Source: Candidatus Borrarchaeum weybense | Lineage (GTDB): Archaea > Asgardarchaeota > Sifarchaeia > Borrarchaeales > Borrarchaeaceae | Length of the DNA: 20,000 nt | Direction: 5' to 3' | Assembly (NCBI GenBank): GCA_019057385.1 | Contig: JAHQJS010000005.1 | Span: forward strand, 169,481 to 189,480 | Shown: one piece after another, positions 1-7,570 of the stretch | Numbering within the stretch: the stretch's first letter is position 1 | Layout of the letters: every line of letters starts with the position of its first letter | Position numbers and translations under genes: made by a program | The notes under the pieces: generated by a model | The model's database searches: none | What the model was told of the DNA's origin: nothing | The model's input: the letters and a program-made list of their open reading frames with translations, nothing else

Positions 1-6
1 ACGCAG

Positions 7-585
7 GTGTTTGGCTATCGAGCAAATTCTATATTGGCAGAGTGGTGGTACTGGAATTACAAACTAGCTAAACACGAATCGCTCTTGAAAACCACCAACG
101 ATGCACATACTTCTAAAGAGTTACGTTGGTTATACCGAAAGCGGAAGCGGAGATTTAGGGATGTGATAAACAAAGTAGTGAATGACTTTGTAGTGCGCTG
201 TTGGTCACAAGGCGTATCAGAAATAGTATTAGGTGAGCTCACCAACATACGTGACTCAGCTCAATTCTCTAAGAAGTTGAACTCTATGATCCATCTGTTC
301 TGGAGTCATCGCTATCTGGTGACACGCATCAAGGAAAAAGCCGAGGAATATGGTATCACCGTAAGGGAAATAGATGAACAAGGGACCTCCTCAGTATGTC
401 CTCGATGTGCTGCTAAAAGAGTAGTACGGAAGGGTAGATTGTTCAATTGTCTACGGTGCAGACTTGAAGCCCATCGAGACGCCGTAGGTTGTGTCAATAT
501 AAGGCTCGCTCAGGGAGACCATCTCGCTGCGGGAGTCATTAACAGGGCGGTGGCACGCCCCTCATTTCTCACCATAGAAGTGTAG
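7..585 (+). CDS. tnpB: TnpB-family (IS200/IS605/IS1341) RNA-guided nuclease homolog, C-terminal part; 5' part lies outside the window
   Basis: ORF contains the E-containing motif 'IVLGELTNIRD', Zn-ribbon 'CPRCAAKRVVRKGRLFNCLRC' and terminal RuvC motif 'EAHRDAVGCVNIRLA'. ORF is open to the left edge and lacks the first RuvC aspartate region. Confidence 0.88.
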   Translation: MFGYRANSILAEWWYWNYKLAKHESLLKTTNDAHTSKELRWLYRKRKRRFRDVINKVVNDFVVRCWSQGVSEIVLGELTNIRDSAQFSKKLNSMIHLFWSHRYLVTRIKEKAEEYGITVREIDEQGTSSVCPRCAAKRVVRKGRLFNCLRCRLEAHRDAVGCVNIRLAQGDHLAAGVINRAVARPSFLTIEV

Positions 586-587
586 AA

Positions 588-612
588 CCCCACTGCTTTA
601 ACTGTGGGAGTA
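588..612 (+). mobile_element. Probable right end of the IS200/IS605-type element (subterminal hairpin)
   Basis: Immediately after the tnpB stop: 'gaacCCCACtgctttaactGTGGGagtatgtcagt', a CCCAC/GTGGG stem typical of IS605/IS1341 right ends. Confidence 0.6.
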
Positions 613-1245
613 TGTCAGTACTTGGTATCCAAACCATATTCCAAATCCGATGAGAATTATGCCACAAACAAGAGAAACGTATTTTAGAAATTTACCACCA
701 ACTCGTTTTCCTCCCTTTCCTAAAACTAAAGCAAGGACGAAAAACCAGAGAACGACTCCTACAACAACAAAGAAACTGTAGAAAAGGGCACTCAATTGAG
801 TGACTCCGCCGATTACTGAGGAAAGGTAGGATCCAAATATACCAATCCAAAAAATAATGGTAATCGGGTTAGCGACTGTGATTAAATACCCTGCTGGAAA
901 TGACCATCGTATTGACATTTTTGCAGAGTTATCTTCCTCTTTCGACTGTGGATCAATACCTTTAAACTGGATAAAATCTTTGATTGCTATAAAACCCAAG
1001 TAGACCAAGATTATACATCCGAAAACCCAGATCACTATTTTAGCAAGAGGGTACAGAAAAAGAACAGAGAGCCCAAAAAATACGATTAATAGGTACGTTG
1101 AGTCCGCGGCTGCAGCCCCTAAGCCCGTCAAAAATCCGTGATAAAATCCATTTACGCCGCGCTTGATAACCTCCGTTGTTGTTGGGCCAACGGGAGCGGC
1201 TAAGGATATCCCTATAAGAATAGCAATGAGGATTTCCACAATCAT
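598..1245 (-). CDS. LysE/RhtB-type amino-acid exporter family membrane protein
   Basis: 215 aa with multiple hydrophobic segments and LysE-type N-terminus 'GISLAAPVGPTTTEVIKRGVNGFYHGFLTGLGAAAAD'. Confidence 0.75.
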   Translation of the reverse strand: MIVEILIAILIGISLAAPVGPTTTEVIKRGVNGFYHGFLTGLGAAAADSTYLLIVFFGLSVLFLYPLAKIVIWVFGCIILVYLGFIAIKDFIQFKGIDPQSKEEDNSAKMSIRWSFPAGYLITVANPITIIFWIGIFGSYLSSVIGGVTQLSALFYSFFVVVGVVLWFFVLALVLGKGGKRVGGKFLKYVSLVCGIILIGFGIWFGYQVLTYSHS

Positions 1246-1395
1246 ATTTGGCTATTTAATGCGATTTTTTAAAAACCTTTACTTTGTAGCGAAACACCAT
1301 CAGTTTTTAGAGTTTATAAGTTTGAACCTACTAGAACTATGTTTAAGTATTGTTTTTTCTTAAGGTTTTAAAAAGAGAAAACGAGGCGTATTAAA

Positions 1396-1776
1396 ATGAA
1401 AAAAGAAGTAGTAGTTTCCGATAAGATTCCAAAGCCAATTGCACCTTATAGTCCAGGCATAAAAGCAGGCAATTTCATTTTCGCATCGGGGCACGTTGCG
1501 TTGGATCCCTTAACTGGAGAAATTGTAGGCGATACAATAGCCGAACAAACAGAACAAGCGTTGAAGAATCTAAGAGACGTTATTGAGGCTGCTGGAAGTT
1601 CTTTAGAGCATGTAGTAAAAACTACAGTCTTTTTAAGCGACATGAATGATTTCAAAGAGATGAATGCCGTGTACGGCAAATTCTTTCAAAATAATCCTCC
1701 AGCGCGAAGTACAGTTCAAGTAGGTCTTGTTCTAGGATTTAAAGTTGAGATTGAAGCGATTGCTATAATCCCATAG
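1396..1776 (+). CDS. ridA: RidA/YjgF/YER057c/UK114 family reactive enamine/imine deaminase
   Basis: 126 aa, 'PIAPYSPGIKAGNFIFASGHVALDPLTGEIVG...QTEQALKNLRDVIEAAGSS...VVKTTVFLSDMNDF...VYGKFFQNNPPARSTVQVGLVLG...VEIEAIAI'. Confidence 0.95.
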   Translation: MKKEVVVSDKIPKPIAPYSPGIKAGNFIFASGHVALDPLTGEIVGDTIAEQTEQALKNLRDVIEAAGSSLEHVVKTTVFLSDMNDFKEMNAVYGKFFQNNPPARSTVQVGLVLGFKVEIEAIAIIP

Positions 1777-2077
1777 ACTGCTTTTTGCTCAATATAATAA
1801 GATCCAACATTCCTTTCTTTTTTACCGCTTCGACAGCATAATTTGCTTAATTCGGAAGTTTTTAGAAGATTAGAAAGAACCCAATGTACCCTGTGAGGTG
1901 TGTATACTGTCGAAGGAAAATGAATCATGTTCTTTTAGAGGATGAGGAGCTAGTCCTTGGACCTGGGTTATAGTTTTAGCAGTCCTAGGATTGCTTACTC
2001 TCTTGTCGTTTTTGACATAAAAAAATCTCAAGAATAAATAGAATGAAAAGGCCTCTAAAACGCGGGGGGCTTTGGAC

Positions 2078-2094
2078 GGCGGGTGCAACTCGCC
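2078..2094 (+). terminator. GC-rich hairpin followed by TTTT; possible terminator or part of an unannotated RNA
   Basis: GGCGGGT-GCA-ACTCGCC (7 bp including one G-U) followed by 'ttttaatt'. Confidence 0.35.
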
Positions 2095-2138
2095 TTTTAA
2101 TTCGCTGAGATGAAAAGAAAAAGGAGAAAAAAGAACTT

Positions 2139-3380
2139 CTAAGTAAGTATATCATGGAAAGTGAGAAGTTCAATATCAAGAGGCTTTTTTGTAATATTTC
2201 CTAGTCGAGCACCGATCAGGTATTTGATATTTTTCTCTGAAGCAATATCTGATAATCGCTGAGTAATAACCCCATCAAACACAATTGCGTATACTCCTTC
2301 TATTGATTGAAGTTTATTAGTGAGTTCTGAAACTGGCATTGAATCTATTGAATTAAGTTCCTCACCAAATAAAACGGCTTCGGAAGTTTCTGTAATGTTC
2401 TCTGCGCTTTCTATAAGAGGTTCAGGTACTTTGGGAGTCTTTTTCTTCTTTTTAGTACTTTCTTTTGTGGGTTTTTTTACACTTTTAACTTCCATACGTG
2501 GTTTGTCTTGTTGACCTTCGAGGTATTGTTCAATGGGTATTTTGTTCCGAAGTTCTTTGATAATTTCTTTTCGTGACAATTCTTCAACTTCTCTATTCGG
2601 TGGAGCGCGAGCAACATAGTCTATCTCTGTAAGTTGCAACAGTTCTTTGAGGACAAGTTCGCCACCTCTGTCTCCATCTACGAATGCTATAGCGGTTTTC
2701 TTGCGTGAGAGAGTGACAATAGTATCTGGGATAGATGTGCCTTCAACAGCAATCACATTACGGAAACCATGCTTAAGAAGGTTTAATACGTCAGCTCGCC
2801 CTTCTACAATAATAATGGTCTCCGATTCGTTGATTTCTGGTCCAGCAGGAAGTTGATCCTTTCCATATTTCATGATGACTCCTAAACGTGCCGCTTTGAT
2901 AACTTCTTCGCTTATCCTCTGACTCTCAGGGATAACGTCATCTTCCCATGCTCTAAGGATCTGTGTTGCCCGATTTATGATATTTTTGCGTTTTTCATCA
3001 CGTACATCTTCGATTTTCGCCATGCTGACATGTGCTAAACATGGGCCGACTCTATCAACCGTTTCAAGAGCGGCCGTTAAGATGGCAGTTTCAATTTTAT
3101 CTAAACTTGAGGGAATGGTGATGATTCCGGTTGATTTCCCGCCTTTTGAATCAATACTTACTTGAATTCTACCAATGCGACCTGTCTTTTGAAGTTCGCG
3201 AATGTCTAATTCTTCGCCAAGTAATCCTTCTGTTTGACCAAAGATCGCGCCAACGACGTCTGACTTCTCAACCACTCCTTCAACTTCTATTTTTGCACGA
3301 ACAACATATTTTGTCGTGCTATAAGATTCAAAATTCTCATTCATAATTAACATCCTCCATTTTTCAAAAAGAGATTTCAC
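2139..3380 (-). CDS. dnaG: Archaeal DnaG-like primase / Toprim-domain protein
   Basis: 413 aa; archaeal DnaG N-terminus 'TTKYVVRAKIEVEGVVEKSDVVGAIFGQTEGLLGEELDIRELQKTGRIGRI', Toprim 'IIIVEGRADVLNLLKHGFRNVIAVEGT...KKTAIAFVDGDRGGELVLKEL'. Internal ATGs leave the exact start uncertain. Confidence 0.95.
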   Translation of the reverse strand: MKSLFEKWRMLIMNENFESYSTTKYVVRAKIEVEGVVEKSDVVGAIFGQTEGLLGEELDIRELQKTGRIGRIQVSIDSKGGKSTGIITIPSSLDKIETAILTAALETVDRVGPCLAHVSMAKIEDVRDEKRKNIINRATQILRAWEDDVIPESQRISEEVIKAARLGVIMKYGKDQLPAGPEINESETIIIVEGRADVLNLLKHGFRNVIAVEGTSIPDTIVTLSRKKTAIAFVDGDRGGELVLKELLQLTEIDYVARAPPNREVEELSRKEIIKELRNKIPIEQYLEGQQDKPRMEVKSVKKPTKESTKKKKKTPKVPEPLIESAENITETSEAVLFGEELNSIDSMPVSELTNKLQSIEGVYAIVFDGVITQRLSDIASEKNIKYLIGARLGNITKKPLDIELLTFHDILT

Positions 3381-3578
3381 AATATTTTACAATGGATCGA
3401 GATACTCGATAATGCTCAATTTGAAAGTGAAATTAATTTTAAGGTATAATGTGAACTAAATCTTTCTTTAACTCTCCTCCTATTTATGATATGATTTGCT
3501 AACGTAATTTTTACGAATGTAAAGGAAATTATAACGGCTATCTTTACTTTATTTTTTGGAACTGATCACATTATAACT

Positions 3579-4019
3579 TTAATCCTTACCGATAGTATGT
3601 TGACTCGATACTTGGAGTTTTGAGACTAACGAATTGAGGCTTTCAACATCTTTTGTCAGTCGACTAAACACTTTTTTCATTTTGAGCCAATGTACTAAAT
3701 CGGTTTTACAACGCTTTGATTCTAGATGACTTGCCAGTTTTTTTGTAAGTTTTTCTCCTTGATCATCGAAGTCTGCTAAGAGTATAATTCGATTATAATG
3801 TGCGAGTTGCTCTGCGACTTCAAATAAAGGGTCACCAACATGAACGCAATGAATAGGTCCTCGTATACCAAGTGCACGCAAGGATGCTTTGTCTTTTTTT
3901 CCTTCCACGATAATCGGTGTCCCGCTGTTTGAGTCTACCATCAAGTCGTGAAGGACATTGTCCATTTTTTCGGTCCAGTTTTGTGAAGGAAACTGACTAG
4001 TTCTCTTTTTTCTAGACAA
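3579..4019 (-). CDS. Small archaeal Toprim-domain protein (UPF0292-like)
   Basis: 146 aa; 'TPIIVEGKKDKASLRALGI...IILLADFDDQGEKLTKKLASHLES' Toprim motifs. Confidence 0.75.
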   Translation of the reverse strand: MSRKKRTSQFPSQNWTEKMDNVLHDLMVDSNSGTPIIVEGKKDKASLRALGIRGPIHCVHVGDPLFEVAEQLAHYNRIILLADFDDQGEKLTKKLASHLESKRCKTDLVHWLKMKKVFSRLTKDVESLNSLVSKLQVSSQHTIGKD

Positions 4020-4268
4020 TTTTGATGCATCTGCTTTTAGTATTTATATGCATAACTCTTAGCACATTGTAGAGTATCATGTTTGCTTTTACGCATTTGC
4101 ACGATTCTTATCTCTTAATTAAAAAGAATACCCGTAGCTTTATAAAGCTACTGAAAGCAGTATCTTGCAGACGAGCACGATGCAAGGAGTATACCAATTC
4201 ATCAATGCATTGAAAACGATCATAATTAACTTAATGACAAAGGCAAAAATCAAAGAAAGGCGAGAAAC

Positions 4269-5294
4269 GTGGAAATTCCTGAGATAATCACCCGAAATCT
4301 GGAAGAAATCCTAACAGAAGAGGAACTAATCGAATTACTAAGATCTAAGAAGAAGATTAGGACATACGTCGGCTATGAAACAAGTGGATTTGTCCATATT
4401 GGGACTGCATCTACTGCTTTAAAGCAATTAGACTTTTATAACGCAGGTTGGGAAGTTGTAGTTCTTTTAGCAGATCTTCATACCTTTTTAAATTCGAAAG
4501 GATCGAAAGAATGGATTGAAAGTATGATAGACTATTGGAGAGAAATATTCAAAGCATTGGGATTGAAGAAGGCTGAATATGTTACAGGGTCTGAGTTCGA
4601 GTATGAACCGAAATACGTTCTTGATCTACTAAGATCGACGCTTCTTACAACCCAAACACGAGCACGACGCAGTATGGATGTAATTAGTAAAGAAATGGAG
4701 GATCCAAAGGTGGCTCAACTTGTCTACCCTCTCATGCAGTCTTTAGATATTGGTGCACTCAACCTTGATGTAGCTCATGGTGGGATGGAACAACGAAAAA
4801 TCCATGTGCTTGCCCGTGAGATCTTACCAAAATTGAGTTATAAGAAACCAGTATGTGTTCATGGCACATTACTTTCATCTATAAAGGGCCCTGGAGAAAA
4901 AATGAGTTCAAGTAAGCCAGAGACCGTTATTCTTGTCCATGAAAAGCCAGAAAACATCAGAAAGAAGATGCAAAACGCTTATTGTGTTAAAGGACAAGAG
5001 GAAGATAATTTTCCACTTGATGTTGTGAAAATGATTATATTTCCTGTACTCGGAGAATTAACGGTTATTCGCCCCGAAAAATTCGGTGGTGATGTACGCT
5101 ACACTCGCGTCGAAGATATTGTTTCTGATTTTGTCCAAGAAAAACTACACCCACTTGATTTGAAAAAAGCAGTAGCAGAAGCAACAATAAAGGTTTTTGC
5201 TGAAGTTAGAGATATGATTGATTCAAATAGAGACCTTCTTGAGCCTTTAATAGAAAAATATGGTGCAGAATTAGTTGAAGAATTAAGTATCTAA
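4269..5294 (+). CDS. tyrS: Tyrosyl-tRNA synthetase, archaeal type
   Basis: 341 aa; class I 'GFVHIGTA' HIGH-like motif, 'GGMEQRKIHVLAREILPKL', 'GEKMSSSKP' KMSKS-like motif. Confidence 0.92.
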   Translation: MEIPEIITRNLEEILTEEELIELLRSKKKIRTYVGYETSGFVHIGTASTALKQLDFYNAGWEVVVLLADLHTFLNSKGSKEWIESMIDYWREIFKALGLKKAEYVTGSEFEYEPKYVLDLLRSTLLTTQTRARRSMDVISKEMEDPKVAQLVYPLMQSLDIGALNLDVAHGGMEQRKIHVLAREILPKLSYKKPVCVHGTLLSSIKGPGEKMSSSKPETVILVHEKPENIRKKMQNAYCVKGQEEDNFPLDVVKMIIFPVLGELTVIRPEKFGGDVRYTRVEDIVSDFVQEKLHPLDLKKAVAEATIKVFAEVRDMIDSNRDLLEPLIEKYGAELVEELSI

Positions 5295-5353
5295 AATATT
5301 ACTTTTTCTTGTTTTGTCTTAGATTAACTTCATTTAAAAAGAAGTAGAGGGAT

Positions 5354-5375
5354 GTTAGTGTTTCCTGACACTAAC
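5354..5375. repeat. Perfect 8-bp inverted repeat (hairpin)
   Basis: GTTAGTGT-ttcctg-ACACTAAC directly read. Confidence 0.75.
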
Positions 5376-5679
5376 TCGATGCAATCATAGGTCGGCAGTA
5401 GCTCTCATTCCTTTGCACCGTTCTCTCATGCCAGGTGATCTTAACAACCCTCTCCCGCTGGCTGTCTCACGTCTGGGTTGACTCTGTTTTCATTGATGGG
5501 TGACACACCCTGCCTCAACAAGAGCCCTATTTCGTGAATTTTAACTAACCAACGGTGCTCTAGATGTCGCCTTTGTTTTGCTCTAGCCATCATCGTTACT
5601 CCTAGGCTAGTCCTCGAAAAAAGGGCTTTCCTTTCATCGCTTAGGTCTATATACTCGTAGACCAATTTAAGGATTTTTG

Positions 5680-5752
5680 TTGAAACGTTACCTTTGCTCG
5701 GTTTCTCTCAAAAATCTTATAATCACTAAATTATTAGCAGGTAACGCTTCAA
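5680..5752. repeat. Inverted repeat, 14-nt arms (13/14 match), 45-nt spacer
   Basis: ttgaaacgttacct (5680-5693) versus the reverse complement of aggtaacgcttcaa (5739-5752) = ttgaagcgttacct. Confidence 0.7.
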
Positions 5753-5768
5753 TGACAAATTTAAATTA

Positions 5769-5886
5769 GTGAGCTACCTCGTGCTGAAACATCGAGGCTT
5801 CCTGCTTCACAGATGGACTCGATCCCCTTGACGGGTTACGGAGGTCTTATCTCCACAGGCTTAACATCCCTACGCCCCGTAGGTAC
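5769..5886 (-). ncRNA. TnpB-associated right-end / omegaRNA (reRNA)-like sequence, copy 1
   Basis: Minus strand 'gtacctacggggcgtagggatgttaagcctgtggagataagacctccgtaacccgtcaaggggatcgagtccatctgtgaagcaggaagCCTCGatgtttcagcaCGAGGtagctcac'. The 'gaagcaggaagcc' block plus terminal hairpin is characteristic of archaeal IS605/IS1341 right ends. Near-identical to 11894-12015. Confidence 0.65.
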
Positions 5887-5908
5887 TATTAACTAGTTTA
5901 CCATCTAT

Positions 5909-5917
5909 CTATATAAA
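5909..5917 (-). promoter_or_regulatory. Putative archaeal TATA box driving the omegaRNA-like copy 1
   Basis: Minus strand TTTATATAG; centre is about 27 nt upstream of the conserved block's 5' end at 5886. Confidence 0.4.
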
Positions 5918-6028
5918 CCCTGCGTCTAAATTCATCTACTTGCTCAAGCCTTGTGGCTTTCTTGAGGAATTTTCCATAAACATAATCATTTTCATCGACA
6001 ACTTAGCTCCGTACAGAGGTGCTTTCTA

Positions 6029-7570
6029 ATGAAACAGTCGCTGACACTATTTGATACTGAAGAAACTGTCCTCAAAACTCTTAAAAAAGACGATATGATG
6101 GATATTGAGAGTATATCAAAATCTACACAATTAGATAATGCTCAGATTAACTCTATTGCCTTTTCACTTCAAGAAAAAGGACTGGTTCAGATAGTTGAGG
6201 AAAAAAGCACATTCATTTTTTTATCAGACGAAGGCAAAAAATATGCTACGGTAAAACTACCCGAAATTCGATTACTTCATTATCTCTGTAAAGTAGGGGC
6301 ACAAGAAATCCCGACAATCCTACAGACGCAAGATCACGGAATGGAAAAGGCAGAGGTTACTATTGGTCTCAATTGGTTAAAGAAAAAGAAATGGGCAGAA
6401 CTTAAAAAACAGCAAAATGGAGCAACACTCCTTTATGTAACCGAAACTGGAAAAGATGCGGCACTTGGCCCCTGCTGCGAAGAAGAATTCCTTTCTCTTT
6501 TAGCAAAAAGTGATTTAGTCTTAGAGGAAATGCCTTCTAAAGATAGTTATATTGATAGTTATCTTGAATTTAGAAAAAGAAAATTACTAAAAGAAAAGGA
6601 AATAACAACAAGAAAACTTCAATTAACGGAACTTGGAATGAAAGTGGTGACAGGAGAAGTCCAAATTATTAAAGAAGTGAGTAAGCTTACTCGTGATGAT
6701 ATAACCTCTGGAAGATGGAAATCTGTCGTGCTTAAACCCTATAATGTTACAGCACCTCCTCCTACTGTATATCTCGGGAAGAAACAGCCGTTCCTTGAAT
6801 TCTTAGAAGAGGTAAGAAGGGCAGTAATTGGTATGGGATTTCAAGAAGCAAAAGGTCCCCTTATTGAGATGGAGTTTTGGAATTTCGATGCATTGTTCCA
6901 GGCGCAAGATCATCCAGCCCGTGAGATTCATGATACGTATTACTTAAAAGACCCGATATTTGGTGATTTAGAACTAGATGCTCTAAGAAAACGAGTGAAA
7001 GCGACTCACGAAAATGGCTGGACAACCGGTTCGCGCGGTTGGAGATACCCTTGGAGTTTGAAACGTGCATCCCGACTTATTCTTCGTTCCCAAACTACAT
7101 CGGTCTCTATGCGATTTTTACACGAGCATAAGACTCCCCCACTCAAAATGTTCTGCCTTGACAGGAATTTCAGACCTGATGTCTTAGATGCTACACATGC
7201 TATAGAGTTTTTTCAATTGGAGGGTATTGTAGGCGACAAGAATTTGACTTTAAAGCACCATCTAGGATATTTGAAACAAATTGTGATAGAACTAATTCCA
7301 GGTGCGGAAGTGAAATTCAAGCCGGGCTATTTTCCTTTTACGGAACCTTCTGTTGAAGTCTTCGCTCGTCATCCGAAACTAGGATGGATAGAAGTCGGAG
7401 GATCTGGAATTTTCCGACCAGAAGTCGTCAAACCATTTAATGTTGACTTTCAGGTGCTAGCTTGGGGGATCGGTATTGCACGACTAGCTATGATCTACCT
7501 TGAATATGATGACATTCGCGATCTTTACAGCGATAACCTTGACCTTCTAAGGACTAAGGAAGTGAGGTGA
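6029..7570 (+). CDS. pheS: Phenylalanyl-tRNA synthetase alpha subunit
   Basis: 513 aa; N-terminal winged-helix region, class II motifs 'MGFQEAKGPLIEMEFWNFDALFQAQDHPAREIHDTYYL', 'GWIEVGGSGIFRPEV', 'GIGIARLAMI'. Confidence 0.97.
   Translation: MKQSLTLFDTEETVLKTLKKDDMMDIESISKSTQLDNAQINSIAFSLQEKGLVQIVEEKSTFIFLSDEGKKYATVKLPEIRLLHYLCKVGAQEIPTILQTQDHGMEKAEVTIGLNWLKKKKWAELKKQQNGATLLYVTETGKDAALGPCCEEEFLSLLAKSDLVLEEMPSKDSYIDSYLEFRKRKLLKEKEITTRKLQLTELGMKVVTGEVQIIKEVSKLTRDDITSGRWKSVVLKPYNVTAPPPTVYLGKKQPFLEFLEEVRRAVIGMGFQEAKGPLIEMEFWNFDALFQAQDHPAREIHDTYYLKDPIFGDLELDALRKRVKATHENGWTTGSRGWRYPWSLKRASRLILRSQTTSVSMRFLHEHKTPPLKMFCLDRNFRPDVLDATHAIEFFQLEGIVGDKNLTLKHHLGYLKQIVIELIPGAEVKFKPGYFPFTEPSVEVFARHPKLGWIEVGGSGIFRPEVVKPFNVDFQVLAWGIGIARLAMIYLEYDDIRDLYSDNLDLLRTKEVR

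Noticed and set aside
2320-3165. Antisense ORFs overlapping dnaG (2320..2514, 2647..2856, 2977..3165)
   Set aside because: Shadow ORFs opposite a strong archaeal DnaG gene, with low-complexity Ser/Thr-rich translations and no family signature.
5441-5665. 74-aa minus-strand ORF as a real gene
   Set aside because: No recognisable family, and it lies in a region with many possible stems next to IS-derived sequence. Coding potential is unconvincing.
5376-5700. RNase P RNA or SRP RNA
   Set aside because: A 'ggaaagccc' on the minus strand faintly resembles RNase P CR-I and 'acagag' resembles part of CR-V, but I could not assemble the conserved core. The SRP helix 8 signature (GGAAGGGAGCA-like) is absent. 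Left as unexplained.
7570-7570. Frameshift or gene fusion at the pheS-pheT junction
   Set aside because: The 4-nt GTGA overlap is ordinary translational coupling and both proteins are complete.
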